Of a DNA stretch of 64,000 bases, positions 43,601-56,600 are shown piece after piece. The number at the start of each line of letters is the position of its first letter. Position 1 is the stretch's first letter. Made by a program: the position numbers and the translations under genes. The notes beneath the pieces are model-generated. The model had not been told where the DNA came from and made no database searches. It saw nothing but the letters and a program-made list of their open reading frames with translations. The DNA comes from Camelus dromedarius. Taxonomy: Eukaryota. The DNA is taken from NCBI RefSeq assembly GCF_036321535.1, contig NC_087462.1:3782001-3846000 (forward strand). The letters run 5' to 3'.

Positions 43601-46600
43601 GAGTGCCACCAGTTAAATAAATCATTGCATAAGTGATTCAATAAGGTAAGGCAGTCAGCAGAAGCAGGGATGCTGTAAAACATCCCGCGGTGCCCAGGAC
43701 AGTCTGGGCCCAGATGTCAGCGCGGACGGCGAGAAGCCCTGCTCTAACCTCCCCCCTGAACCTGCAGGGAGCTCAGAGGGCATTTCAGTTCTCTTTCCTT
43801 TCAGGTATAGAGCACCCTGTTTCCCACATTTCTGGTGACAACTGTTGTTACAGTGGAAATTCCTTTTGCGCGGTGAGTACCACGTGTCCTGTCTCGTTTG
43901 TCCACTCTGCTCTGAGCAGAGGTAATTATGAATGGAAATAAGGGCAGTTACGCCTCGAGGGCTGGGGCTGAGATGGACTCGGGCGGTGCACTGCCCTGGG
44001 CTCAGGACAGGACCTGAGATATGGGCGGGGCCCCAGAGCTACTGTTAGATCAGGTGGCCGACACACTGTGAGTGTATCCATCTATCTTCTTTTTTTTTTT
44101 TTTAACCTGGTATCTTGAAATAATTGTAGATGTACAGGAAGTTGAAAAAATAAGAGTGCCACGTATCCCTCACCGAGTTCCCCCCAGTGGTTACATCTTA
44201 CACAAGCGCAATATGATACAGACAGGAAATTGACATGGGTACAACTGTGTCAAGTCAGGCAATGGCGACTGAGGGCAGAATACCCAACTGTTCCATCGCC
44301 CCAGAGCTCTTTCCACGTCTCCCGGCACTGCCCTGACCCTGGCAACCATGAACCTGTTTTCCATCTCTCTAATTTTATCATTTCAAGAATGTTATATGAG
44401 TGGGACCACACCATACGAAAGCTCTGGGGACTAGCTTGTCCCAGCAAAATTCTTTGGAGACTTGCCTGATTTGTTGCGCGTACGTCCAGTCTGTTCCTTT
44501 TTGAGGAGTTTTCCAAGGTGTGGCCGAACCAGAAGTGGGTTGTTTCCACTTTTTGGCTGTTACAAATAAGGCTGCTATAGACATTCATGGGCAGGCTTTT
44601 GTCTGGACATAAGTTTTCACTTGTCTGGGATAAATGCCCAGAAGTGTGATCACTGGCGTCTGCCCCCTCTTTTAAAAACAGAGGTATAATTGACACGCCA
44701 CACTGTGTAAATTTAAGGTGTTCAGCGTGTTGATTAGACAGACTTATGTACAGCAGTACGATCACCACCATACCATGTCACACACTTATCATTTCTTTTT
44801 GTTGTGGGAACAATTAAGACTTAGTTTCTTAGCAGCTTTGGAGTTTATAATACAGTATTGCTGTCTGCAATCACTGTGCTGTGCATTCGACTTCCAGACC
44901 TTATTTGTCTACTTTAAGAACATCTCCCCAGCCACCCCCCTCGCCCTCTGTCTCCTTTTAAAGAGACCATTCTATGTGTGTGTTCTTCCAGGATGTAAGC
45001 AACTCGGTTTTTGCTTATTTGCGTGGAGATCAGATATCTCAGACCAATATCTATTTCTCAAACACCCAGGGATACGTATTTCAGAAGTATGCCCACGAAA
45101 GGCAGGTATGTTCAACCTGGTAAGAAAGTCAACAACAACAACAACAAAAAAGTACCCTATGCGGTAGGAGTAATTAGCTGTCTGTGGCGAGCAAGGACGT
45201 TTCTCTCTTGAAGAATCCAGCCAGCTAGGAGGGTAGGGGAAAATTCCAGGTCAGAGCAGCTGGCTCAGGAGCTTGGGATGTGAGGAAAGACACAGCCCTG
45301 CTTAGGGGGAGAGCTGGTGCCACAGCACAGGCCGCACGTGACTCACAACACGCAACCCCACGCCCACCCAAAGGGCTGTACGTCAGGAACCACCATCATC
45401 CCCGCTTTACAGATGAGAGAACTGCATGGGGTTGAACGTGTGTCGCCCGCAAAACCTGTGTCCACCCCGAACCTCAGAACATGACTGTCCTTAGAAACAG
45501 GGTCTTTGCAGATATCATTAGCTAAGATGAGGTCATCCCGGGTCAGGGTGGGTTCTAAAACCAGCACCTGGCGTCCTGGTAAGAAGAGAGGACAGGAGAG
45601 GGTCACACGGAGAAGAAGGCCACAGGAAGACGGAGGCAGGGTTGGAGAGGAACCAGAAGAGAGGAATGACCGGCTTACTTCCTCAGAGCTTCCGGAAGGA
45701 ACCAACCCCGCTGACCCCCTGACTTCAGACCTCCAGCCTCCACACCTGTGGCATCACAGCCCTGCTGTTTTAAGCCACTGGGTGTGTGGTACTTTGTTAT
45801 AGCAGCCCTAGGAAACCAATACAGGGCCGAAGGCTCAGAGAGGTGCAGGGCCTTGCCAAGGCCACACAGCTTGGCAGAGCTGGGGTTTGAACAGCTTAGA
45901 AGATAGGATCCTTGGGTAGCTAAGAGGATGGCGGCGTTTTGTCCCGATGCAGAGAATGGCTTCATCCCCCCAGACACTTAGGAAGATGGTCCAAAGGGAG
46001 GCAGAGAGAGTCCACTCTGCCCTCAAGTTCTGATCACACCCCCAGACTGGTTTCTCGGCCCTGCCCAGGAGGCCCAACGAAGCCCAGAATCTAAGCAGCC
46101 ACATTGTTTCATTTGAAACTAGGTCTAGAAGGACCCAGACTTAATGTCTTTGCTCAGTCGAAAGCCATCGTCACTAAAATCCCCAATGGTTTTAGGGTTC
46201 TCCAGAGAAACAAAACTACTCGCAGAGATAGAGATATAAACATACAGAAGAGGAGACAGGCGATAAGAACTGGCCCACGCGGTCATGGAGGCAGAGAAGC
46301 CCCACAGTCTGCCATCTGCAGGCGGAGATCCAGGATGGCTGGGTTAAGTCCTGGAGCCCGAGGGCCCGTGGCCAAGGGGCTGAGACTCCTAAGTGTGGTC
46401 CAGAGCAGTGACCACTCATCCCCTGAGATGGAGGCCCCTCTGCGTTCTCTCGGCAGGGGAGGAGGCATGGGGGTGACTGGTGGCGGGGTGACGGGCGGGC
46501 CGCCATGATGCCTGGCCGCCTGTGCTAGTCGGGACAGGCTGACAGGACGTCTTAGTGTGCTCGGGCTGCCACAGCAGATCCCGCAAACTGGTGACTGAAG

Positions 46601-47578
46601 CAACACATGTTGATTTCTGGGAAGTTTAAGATCAAGGTGCTAGCTGATTTCGTTCCTGGTGAGGGCTCCTTTGCTGTCTTGCAGACGGCCCCCTCCTTAC
46701 TGTGTCCTCAGATGGGAGGGAGGGGGAGAGGGAGCAAGAAAGCGCCCTCTGGTGTCTCTTCTTGTAAGGGCACTAATCCCATCATGAGGGCCCACCCTCC
46801 TGACCACATGTAAACCTAGTCACTACACAAAGATCCCCACCTCCAAATAGCATCACACTGTGTCCCCCCAAAATGCATATGTTGAAATCCTAATGCCTGA
46901 TGTGACCGTGTTAGGAGGCGGGGCCTCTGGGAGGTGCTTAGGTCCTGAGGCTGGAGCCCCCAGGAACGGGGTTAGTGCCCTTCTAAAAGAGGCCCCAGGG
47001 AGCTGGCTCACCCGCTTCCTCCATGTGAGGACCCACCAAGAAGTCTGCAGCCCAGGAGAGGGCCCCAGCTGAGCACGCTGGCCACCTGCTCTCGGACTGC
47101 CAGCCTCCAGAGCTGTGAGCTGTCACGTTCTGTTGTTGAGAAGCCCCCCTGGTCTGTGCTATTTTGTTACAGCAGCCCGAACGGACTAAGACGGGGGGTT
47201 AGGGTTTCAGCCCATACATTGGAGGCGGTAGGGATGCAATCTGGCTCATGGCACTTTATATAATAGAAATCTCTGCCTCCCTCCCAGTATCAGAAGCTTA
47301 AGTAAGATAGTGGTCCTGCTTTCTTACCTGAAGGACGTCTGGAGGCCATCTGTCCCACTGTCGCTAGGTTGGGGCCCTGGGCCTCATGCTCCGGCTCACC
47401 TGCTGGGCACGTTGCTGACCAGCCAGTGGTCAGGAGTGAGAAACCTAGGCAAGAGTGGAGGATTTAGGCAGGCGTCTCGCAGTCTGGGCCACACCACTTC
47501 CTGCAACACCCCAAGCCCAGGTGTCTTCTTTCAAGGTTCTGCCCTAGATGCTCCATTTTCACAGAGGACAGATCGATC

Positions 47579-47645
<67 letters not shown>

Positions 47646-50600
47646 GACTTTCCTTCACTTTAGCCTACTAGATAATCTAGAGTTAAATTTTGAATTAGGC
47701 GCGTGTTTATCATTTATTCTTACGTGATACTTTGTTCCACAGGCAGAGCTAGTCGGGTCCTTGGGTGGGATCTTCTACTTTCACTCCCTGTCACAGGTGG
47801 GCCTGCTCCTTGTCAACCAGCAGAAGGTGAGTAACTTTTAGCCTGGGGAAGAGTGACTTCAGTGACCTTTACCCCAAGCCAGGTTTCTGTCAAAACTCAC
47901 GTAGATTTTCATATCTGAAATCCATCTAGCTTTTCACCCACCTGTCCATCCATACCTCCATCCACCCAATATCCATTTGCCCATTCATCCACCACCTACC
48001 CATCCATCCACACATCCATCCATCTATCCATTCTTCCGTTTGTCTATTTATCCAACCACTCATCCACCTACCCATCCACCCATCTACCTATCTTCTCATG
48101 CACCCACTCATCCATCAACCTACTTAACCATCCATCCAATGACCCACCCACCTACCCATGCATCCACCTATCCATCCATTCATCCATCTGCTCTTCCATC
48201 CTCCCCCTACTCAGCCATCCACCCATCTACCTATACATTCATATACCCTTCTGCTCACCCACACCCCAACCTTCATTTGCTCACTCAGTCATGCATTCAG
48301 CAATATTAAGTAAGGTCTAGGAGGTGCCAAGCACTATGTTGGGCACTAGGGATAAAATACAGGGTGTGCTGCATGTGTCGCTGATGGCACAAGACCATTT
48401 TAAATGCCTCACGTCAACCCTTTTCTTAATAATTATTTTCACATGTATTCAGAAAATCAGGACATGAAAACTGTGACCTCACAGGTATCATTTAGGATAA
48501 GACTAAGTTAACACGAGGAATCAGTCCATGCCAAGTGCACCTGAAGAAAAAATTATGAAGTCAGACAAAGACCGAAGTCCAGTCAGTACCCTCCAGCTGC
48601 AAAATCTGTGAGCGGGGTGTGCCTCTCTGAAGTTCTGGGGAGACCCACCACCAGGAAGCTCCCAGAGGCCGGGCTGCTCCCTGGCGGCTGAAAGCCCCCA
48701 TCCAGAGTCCCCTCCGGAGCACGAACTGCCAGGGCCCATGCTGAATCAGAGACTCTCCTGCCACTCTGGAAACCCCAAGAATGTGGTGATGGCTGAGTCG
48801 TCCTGGTTTCAATCTACGCCTGGTTTCCTGGGCCTGAGCACACGCCGACACGAAGGCTGTACCTGGCGGGCGTCCGGGGGAAAGCTGCCTTCCCCACCCT
48901 GCGCCTGGAGCACGATGGACTTGAAGGCGCTGCAGTCAAGGACGTTGGCATCTTTGCATTCCTAGCCCTGGCGTGGTCTTCAGGCCTCGGCCTCCTTATG
49001 GAGGGAGGAGGGGAAAACCTGAAGCCACTTTTCACTCTGACTCAGCAATTTTTCACTCCTGGCCTTTTCCCCACCTGAGGGCCTGGGTTCATAAAACTGC
49101 AGACACCTTCTGTCCGGGGGGCCCCCCGGCACAGGGTGATGAACCCCATACCTCTGCCAACCCAGTGGACCTCTGGCGGTGTGCCATCTCATGGGGAGGG
49201 ACAAACAGGGGACCTTGGCGTTTTCTCTGGCCTCAGCTCTTACTTACCACACCGCAGAAAGCAGTTAAAGGCTGAGAGAACTCTCGTGTTCGGCTCATTG
49301 CCTTAACTGGGCTCCTCTGACCCCTGGCAGCTCAGCTGAGCGCCCTCTCAGGGTCTGGGGACCAAGGCAGCCCATCCACACTGCTCAGCGTGTAGGACTA
49401 GTCCAGCTCAGCAGCCCAGGCAGCAGCCCATCCGCACCCTGACCGCTAAGCTCCTCCCACCACCCTGGGGCCCCTTAGACAGCAGCGCGGTGCCTCTGCA
49501 GACTCGGAGGCGCTGGGCAAGCCATGCTGCAGAAACCTCTCCCTCTGCCACAGTGCATCTTCTGAGAGAGGGGTGTGGGTATCTCTGTGGGACTCGCTTA
49601 GAAACCCGGGTTAAGTGTGGGGTTTTCTTTTTCTTTCGAACTCCATCCTTGCACGGTGTCGAAGAGCAAGTGAGAGAGGGCCTTGAGGGCCACGCAGAGG
49701 AATCTAGACTTCGCCTAAGCGGTGTCACCTTAGAGGGCTGCACGGTCCAAAGGGCAGGCAGGACAAGAATCTGGGGACCAGCCTGGGGACTTGCGCTTGA
49801 ATAACAATCTAAGTACAAGGGCGCCAGCAGGGGGCAGAGCAGAACGTGGGGGAGCTGGGCTCTTGACGCAGCGGCCGTTTTGGGTGAATGGTTCTCTGTG
49901 ATGGGGGCGTGCCCTGGGCGCGCGGGGTATGGAGCCGACTCCCTGGCGCCGCCCACTTGATGCCAGGAGCCTCCCAAACTGGGACAAGAACAGAAGACCA
50001 CAGACTCCGCCCAGGGTCCCCTGGGGGCAGAATCATCGAAGCTGGGAACCACCAGACTAGGTAATAAGGTTGGAAGAAAGTTTGAATAACAGAGCATGAG
50101 GGACCCACACAGTTCTATGGGCAGCATAGGTAACCGCCGACCCATGATTTCTTTTCTTGCTCAAGCTTCAGTATTCCTCTCTCAGGCCATGTTCAGCTAC
50201 TCAGACTACCCCCTGAACCTCAATTTCGGGCTGCCCTTTGACTACAACGGGTCTCTTGACATCCTCATCGCCCCGGGCCAGAAGGGCATCCTCATCTTCT
50301 GGTGTGAGAAAAGCCTGCTGGTTTCCCAGAATGCAGGTGAGCGAGGCCCAGCCTTGGAGCTGCCTCCCTGGGTGGGGGCTGGGGGTGGGGAGCACAAGCT
50401 GTCCTCTCACTCTCCCCTGACTTGAGTGGACAATGACAAGCCCATCCTTGATTTGTCGTCTTCACTGTGTCCCTATTTCCCGCCTCCTGGGATCTTTAGG
50501 GCCTGGTAGGCAGGTTCTGCAAGTCACCAGATGCCTAGGGCAGAGGGGCCAAGTCCAGGAACTGCAGATCTTGTTTGCAGGCCTAGGACATGTGAGCCCC

Positions 50601-53600
50601 AGCCCGCCTAAGGAGGGGAGTGAAAGGCAGCCCCCCAGGAGGAGGTGCTCTCAGGGACCTCTGGGCACAGGGGTGGGTGCCAGAGCACCTACAGTCACAA
50701 CCCACTCCCCAACACCCATCAAGCTGCTTGAATAGGGCTGTTTCCTTCCAACGCAAGGAAAGGGCTCAGGGCTGACCTGGCCCATGTGGGGAATCCATTC
50801 CGGAAAGAAAACTCTGATTCCTCACACGCTACCCTTATAATAAAAGGCACCCCACAGTGTTCACCCAATATCCAGCCCATTCCTCAGAGCTCTCACATCA
50901 AGGAGACGTATAGGGGCCACATTTTTAAAACTTATTACATTCCGGGGTAGGGGAGGTGGTATAGCTCAGTGGTAGAGCACATGCTTAGCATACAGGAAGT
51001 CCTGGGTTCAATCCCCAGTACCTCCATTAAAAAAATAAAATAGATAATAGAAAAAAACCTAATGTGTTCCATGGGATGTCTTGCAACATTGTATCTCATG
51101 ACTGCATTTTCCCTGGTTTTTTATCATTAGAGTCATGAACTGAAGGGCCCAGTGGGTGGCAGAGGAATCCCCTTCCCAGCCCTCGCCCAGGTCTCATGAT
51201 TTGCCCTGTTACCTCCTAGGTCAGCTGGTCAACCCTGTCCAGGTGCGAGAAGGACAGCACGTCTTGTATTCTTCCATCTCTGAAGCCAACATCAGCGTCC
51301 ACAGCGTTGCTGCCAGTGCGTGCCTGACCTGCGGGTAGCTTTCTAGAAGCATTTTAGACCTGACTTATTCACCATTGACCCACTAGGTCTAGCCCAGCCA
51401 AAACACAAACCAAACATGGTTATTACAGATTCCGGTATGACTCCGGGCAGAAGCGCCTGTGCCCTCTTACAATGCAGTGGAATGTCAATAGGATCTTGTT
51501 TTCTGGGGCTACAGTAACAAAGCACCGCAAACTGGGTGACTTAGAGCAACAGACATTTGTTGTCTTCTAGTCTGGAGGCCAAAAGTCCAAGATCAAGGTG
51601 TTGGCAGGGCCGGTTCCTTCGGGGGCCTCCCTCCTCGGCTTGCAGATGGCCATCTTCCTCTTGGGTCTCCCCATCATCTTCCCTCTCCCTCTGTGTGTGT
51701 CTGTGTCCAAATTTCCCCTTTTCACAAGGATGCCAGTCCTACTGGATTAGGGCCGACCCTAATGATCTCAACTGGATCACCTCTGTAGAGACTCTATTTC
51801 CAAATCAGGTCCCATTCTGGTCAGCTCCTGGAGGTTAGGGCTCCAGCCTATCTTGTTTGGAGGGGACACAGTTCAGCCCATGACAGACTGCACCCCCAGG
51901 AGTTCCATACCAGTGAATTGTTGTCTGGCTGCTGCCCTGACTGGTTCAATCAGGAAAAATGAAACCTGCTGGTATAATTTTCCTCCTCGCACAGGTCCCG
52001 GCCTGGAGACGTGGAGGGAAATAGTGCAGCCAGCTCGGGGGTCACTTGCCCTTTAAGAGCCTGTATTTCCCCCGTCCGCCCATCACTGCATCACCTCCTC
52101 CCCCGTCTGTGTCCATTTATCTGCTAAAAATCAATTTAATGAAAGACATGGGGAGGGTCTAGCTCAGTAGAGCACGTGCTTAGCATGCACGAGGTCCTGG
52201 GTTCAATCCCCAGTACCTCCATTTAAAAAAAAAAGAATATAATGAAAGAAAGCAATGAAACACAAATTAATTTATAATTCTACCAGTGATGCCTGGTCCT
52301 TTAAAAGTTTTGTTTTAAACATTATAAGTATAATTAAGTTCCCTTTGGAAGCTTCCTATGCTGTGGCTGGGAATGTAACTTGGTGCAGCCACTATGGAAG
52401 ACAGTATGGAGATTCCTTAAAAAACTAAAAAGAGTTACTACATGATCCAGCAATCCCACTCCTGGGCATATATCCAGAGGAAACTAATTTGAAANNNNNN
52501 NNNNNNNNNNNNNNNNNNNNNNNNNNNNNNNNNNNNNNNNNNNNNNNNNNNNNNNNNNNNNNNNNNNNNNNNNNNNNNNNNNNNNNNNNNNNNNNNNNNN
52601 NNNNNNNNNNNNNNNNNNNNNNNNNNNNNNNNNNNNNNNNNNNNNNNNNNNNNNNNNNNNNNNNNNNNNNNNNNNNNNNNNNNNNNNNNNNNNAAGTAAG
52701 TCAGACAGAGAAAGACTAATATCATGAGATCATTTATATGTGGAATCTAAAAAAATGACACAAATGAACTTATTTACAAAACAGAAACAGACTTACATAC
52801 ATAGAAAACAAACTTACAGTTACTGGGGAGGGGAGTAAAATAGGAGTTTGGGATTAGCAGACACAAACTGCTATATATAAAATAGGTAAACAACAAGGTC
52901 CTACTGTAGAGCACAGGGAGCTATATTCAGTATCTTGTAATGACCTATAATGGAAAAGAATATGAAAAGGAATATAAGTACATGTACATATATGTATAAC
53001 AGAATCACTATGCCATACACCAGAAACTAACACGGCATTGTAAAGCAACTATAGTTCAATTAAAAAGTAATTAAGTTTGCTTGACCAGCTCCCCGAATCC
53101 AGGTACCTCTTCAGCTTCCTAAAAATCATCACTATTAGGAATCTAGAGAGAATCTTTCCAACCAGGTGATCACAACGTATATTAAATATACACCTGCTGA
53201 AAATGCATAGCGTCATCTGTGTAGCTTGTTGTGGTTGTTTTTTACATAAATGGTATCATATTGTCATGTGAGTCATCCTACCATTTGCCTTTTCCATTAC
53301 CCATCATTTTGTTTTATTGTGGTAACAACACTTCACAGATTACCCTCCAAACTTTTAAGTGCGCAGCACAGTACCAGCTGTAGGCACACACAACGGACAG
53401 CAGATCTCTAGAACGTCTTTATGTTGCATAACCAGAACTCTGTCCCCGTTAAACACTGAGTCCCCAGCCCCGCCCCCAGCCCCTGGCCCCACCGTCTACT
53501 TCCTGTCTCTATGGATCTGCCTCCTCTAGGGACCTCCTGTGAGTGGAGTCAGACAGTGTGTGTCCTTCTGCATCTGGCTTATTTCACTGAGCGTCATGTC

Positions 53601-56600
53601 CTCAAGGCTCATCTATGTTGTAGCCTTTACAGGATTCCCTTCGTGTTTTTTGAGGCTGAGTAATATTTCACTGTATGGCTAAACCACATTGTCTTTATCC
53701 ATTCATCCATCACTGGACACTTAGGTCGTTTCCAGAACTTGGCTTTTGTGAACAATGCTGCACTGAACACAGTGGTGGGGAAACGGAAGCCAACTCCTAA
53801 TGAGATACCACCTCGTAACTATTAGGATGGCTGTTACCAAAAACAAAGAGGCAAATGAAAAAAACGGAGAGATACCAAGTATCAGTGAGGAGGTGGGGAG
53901 ATGGGAATCCTTGTGCCCTGCTGGAGGGAATGCAAAATGGTGCAGCCGCTGTGGAAAACAGTGTGGAGGGTCCTCAAAAACATAAAAATAGAACCACCGT
54001 ACAGCCTAGCAATCCCACTGCTGGCTACTGAGGCAGAAGACCTGCACAGCGTGTATTTGACATGGAGCCAGCTTGAATTCCCGTCAGCAGCACAGGGAAC
54101 TGACCAGGTCCAACCTCGAATTGTTGTCTCTTTCCCTGATTACTACAAGTTCCCCAACCGCTCTTTCAAATTCTAGTCTCTTCCTCTACTAAAACCAGAT
54201 TGCTATGGGCTCAATGTCTGTGTCCCCCCCAGTTTCCTGTGTTGAAGACTAACCCCCGAGGCAATGGTATGAGGAGGCGGGGCCTTTGGGAGGGGATGAG
54301 ATCATGAGGGTGGGCCCCTTGTGAATGGGGTCAGTGCCTTTATACAGGGGGCCCCAGGGAGCTCCCTCACCCCCTCTGCCTAGTGAGGACCCAGCGAGGA
54401 GATGCTGTCTGTGAACCAGGAAGCGGGTTCTCACCAGATGCGAAATCTTCCGCCACCTTGATCCTGGACTTCAGCCTCCAAAACCGTGAGAAACATGTGT
54501 TGTCCATAAGCCACTGGGTCTATGGCATTGTGTTACAGCAGCCCAGACGGACCAGGACACAGGTCAAGCAGATTAATCATTTTCTCCCTTCCTTTTTCCT
54601 CGTTACAGCTTTACAGAGATAAACTTCACATGCCATACATACAATTCACCCATTCAAAGCATATGATTCAGTGGTTTTTAGACTATACACAGAGTTGGGC
54701 AACCGTCACCGCAATCAGTTTTAGAATGTTTATACTCACAGAAGTAAACAAACTTACGGGTACTGGCGGGGGAAAGGAGGTGAGAAGGGATACGTGGGGA
54801 GTTTGAGATGTGCAAATATTAACTACTATGTATAAAATAGATTAATAACAAATTTCTTCTGTAAAAAAAAAATTTAACATTTTCATCACCCCAAAAAAGA
54901 AAGCCATTTTCTTTAGCTATCAGCCCACAAGCCCCCATTTCTCCCCAGCCCATGCCAACCGCCAATCTACCTTCTGTCTCTACAGAGTCACCTAGTGTAG
55001 ACATTTCATGTAAAAGGGAGCTTACAACATGTGGTCTTTTGTGACCGGCTTCTTTGACTTACCGTCTTCAAGGTCCATCGCCGTTGTAGCGTGGGTCAGG
55101 GCTTCGTTCCTGTTTATATCTGCGTAACAGCTGTGACGGTGGACCATGCTTTGTTTATCCACTCATCTGCTGATGGACATTTGGCTTGTTTCTAGTTTGG
55201 GGCTACGGTGAGTCCTGCGCTGTGAACATTCGTGGGCACGTCTTATGCGGATGCGTGTTTTCGGTTCTCCTGGGCAGACACCGAGAAGCGTGTCCGGTCA
55301 GATGGGCACTCTGCGCCTGACCTTTAGAGGAACTGCCCACCCCCCGCAGAGGACGCTTTGCATCCCCCCCAGCAGTGCAGGAGGGGCTCCAGCCCCGCCC
55401 CGTCCTCACCTGCACCTGCTTTTGTGGTTTTACTCTGGCCGTCCTAGCAGGGCGACGTGGTGTCTCACCGCGGTCCTGAGTTGCGTTTCCCTGGCGACTG
55501 CTGGCGTTGGGTGTCTCTTCGCAGGCGTATTGGCCGTTTGTCTGTCTGCTTTGGAGAAATGTCTCCTCCAGTCCTTCGCCCATGTTTTAAATGGGGCTGT
55601 TTGTCTTTTTATGACTGAGTTATTACATATTCTAGATACAAGCCCTTATCAGACATGGGATTTGCAAATATTCGCTCCCATTCTATGTGCAATCTTCCCC
55701 CTCTTTTTTTTTTTTTAAACCATGAGTACACGTCACTTCCCATGTCTAGAACCCTTAACGGTTCCTTATTTTCTAAAGAATAAAGTCCGAACTTGCCAGG
55801 ATGACATTCAGGCCTGTGCATCCGGTTTCTGATTCCGCAGCTCACTGCTGCCCTGAGAGGTGCTTTTTCTTATCTAACCCCGTGGCTCTCAACTTGGGGA
55901 CACTGGGCAGTGAGTTTCTGGAGACATGTGTGGCTGTCAGGACTAGCAGGTGCTACCTGCATCTTCTGGGTGGGGGCTGGCAGCGAGGCTCCACACCCCA
56001 CAGTGGCCAGGACAGCCCCCTCACAAAGAGCCATCCTGCTCCATGTCAACAGAGCAGAGTCTGAGAAATCCTTAGCTGTACTGGTTCCGTCCTTGCTCCA
56101 CAGACACGCCTCCACTTGCCCCATCACATGCGTTCTTCAAGGCCCAAGTGAAGCCTGGATCTTTTTCTGAAAAACATACTTGATTGTCTTTTTCACAACA
56201 GAATAAAAATATACATTGGACCTTGCCCACTCCTCTCGTAAACACTTTTAATGGTGTCTTGCATTCCTTGGACCCCATGTCTGCCAGACTGGAAACAACC
56301 TCAGTATCCATCCGAGAAGCACTGGTTAAATAAATTATGGTTCATCCGGACACCAGTGGGCCAACTACAGGGAAGGAAAAAATATAAAGTAGCTTGAAGA
56401 GTTCCAGTATATTATCCCACGTATATAAAAGATGAACAGAAAAGATGTTTACTAAAATGCTAACAAGTGGTTACCTATGTGAGGGGTCAGCAAACCATGG
56501 CCCACGGGCCAATTCCAGTCCATCACTTGTTTTTGTAAATAAAGTTTTATTGGCACACGGTCCAGCCCATCCGCTTATGAGTTGTCCATGAGCTGCTTTC

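Noticed and set aside
47464-48309. Poly-Leu and His/Pro-rich ORFs (also 63020-63345)
   Set aside because: Translations of (AAT)n and (CATC)n/(GATG)n simple repeats.
50950-51025. tRNA-Ala(AGC)-like sequences here and at six other sites
   Set aside because: They have A-rich tails, a shared CCTAATTACC 3' block, TSDs and scattered stem mismatches, so they are SINE heads rather than tRNA genes.
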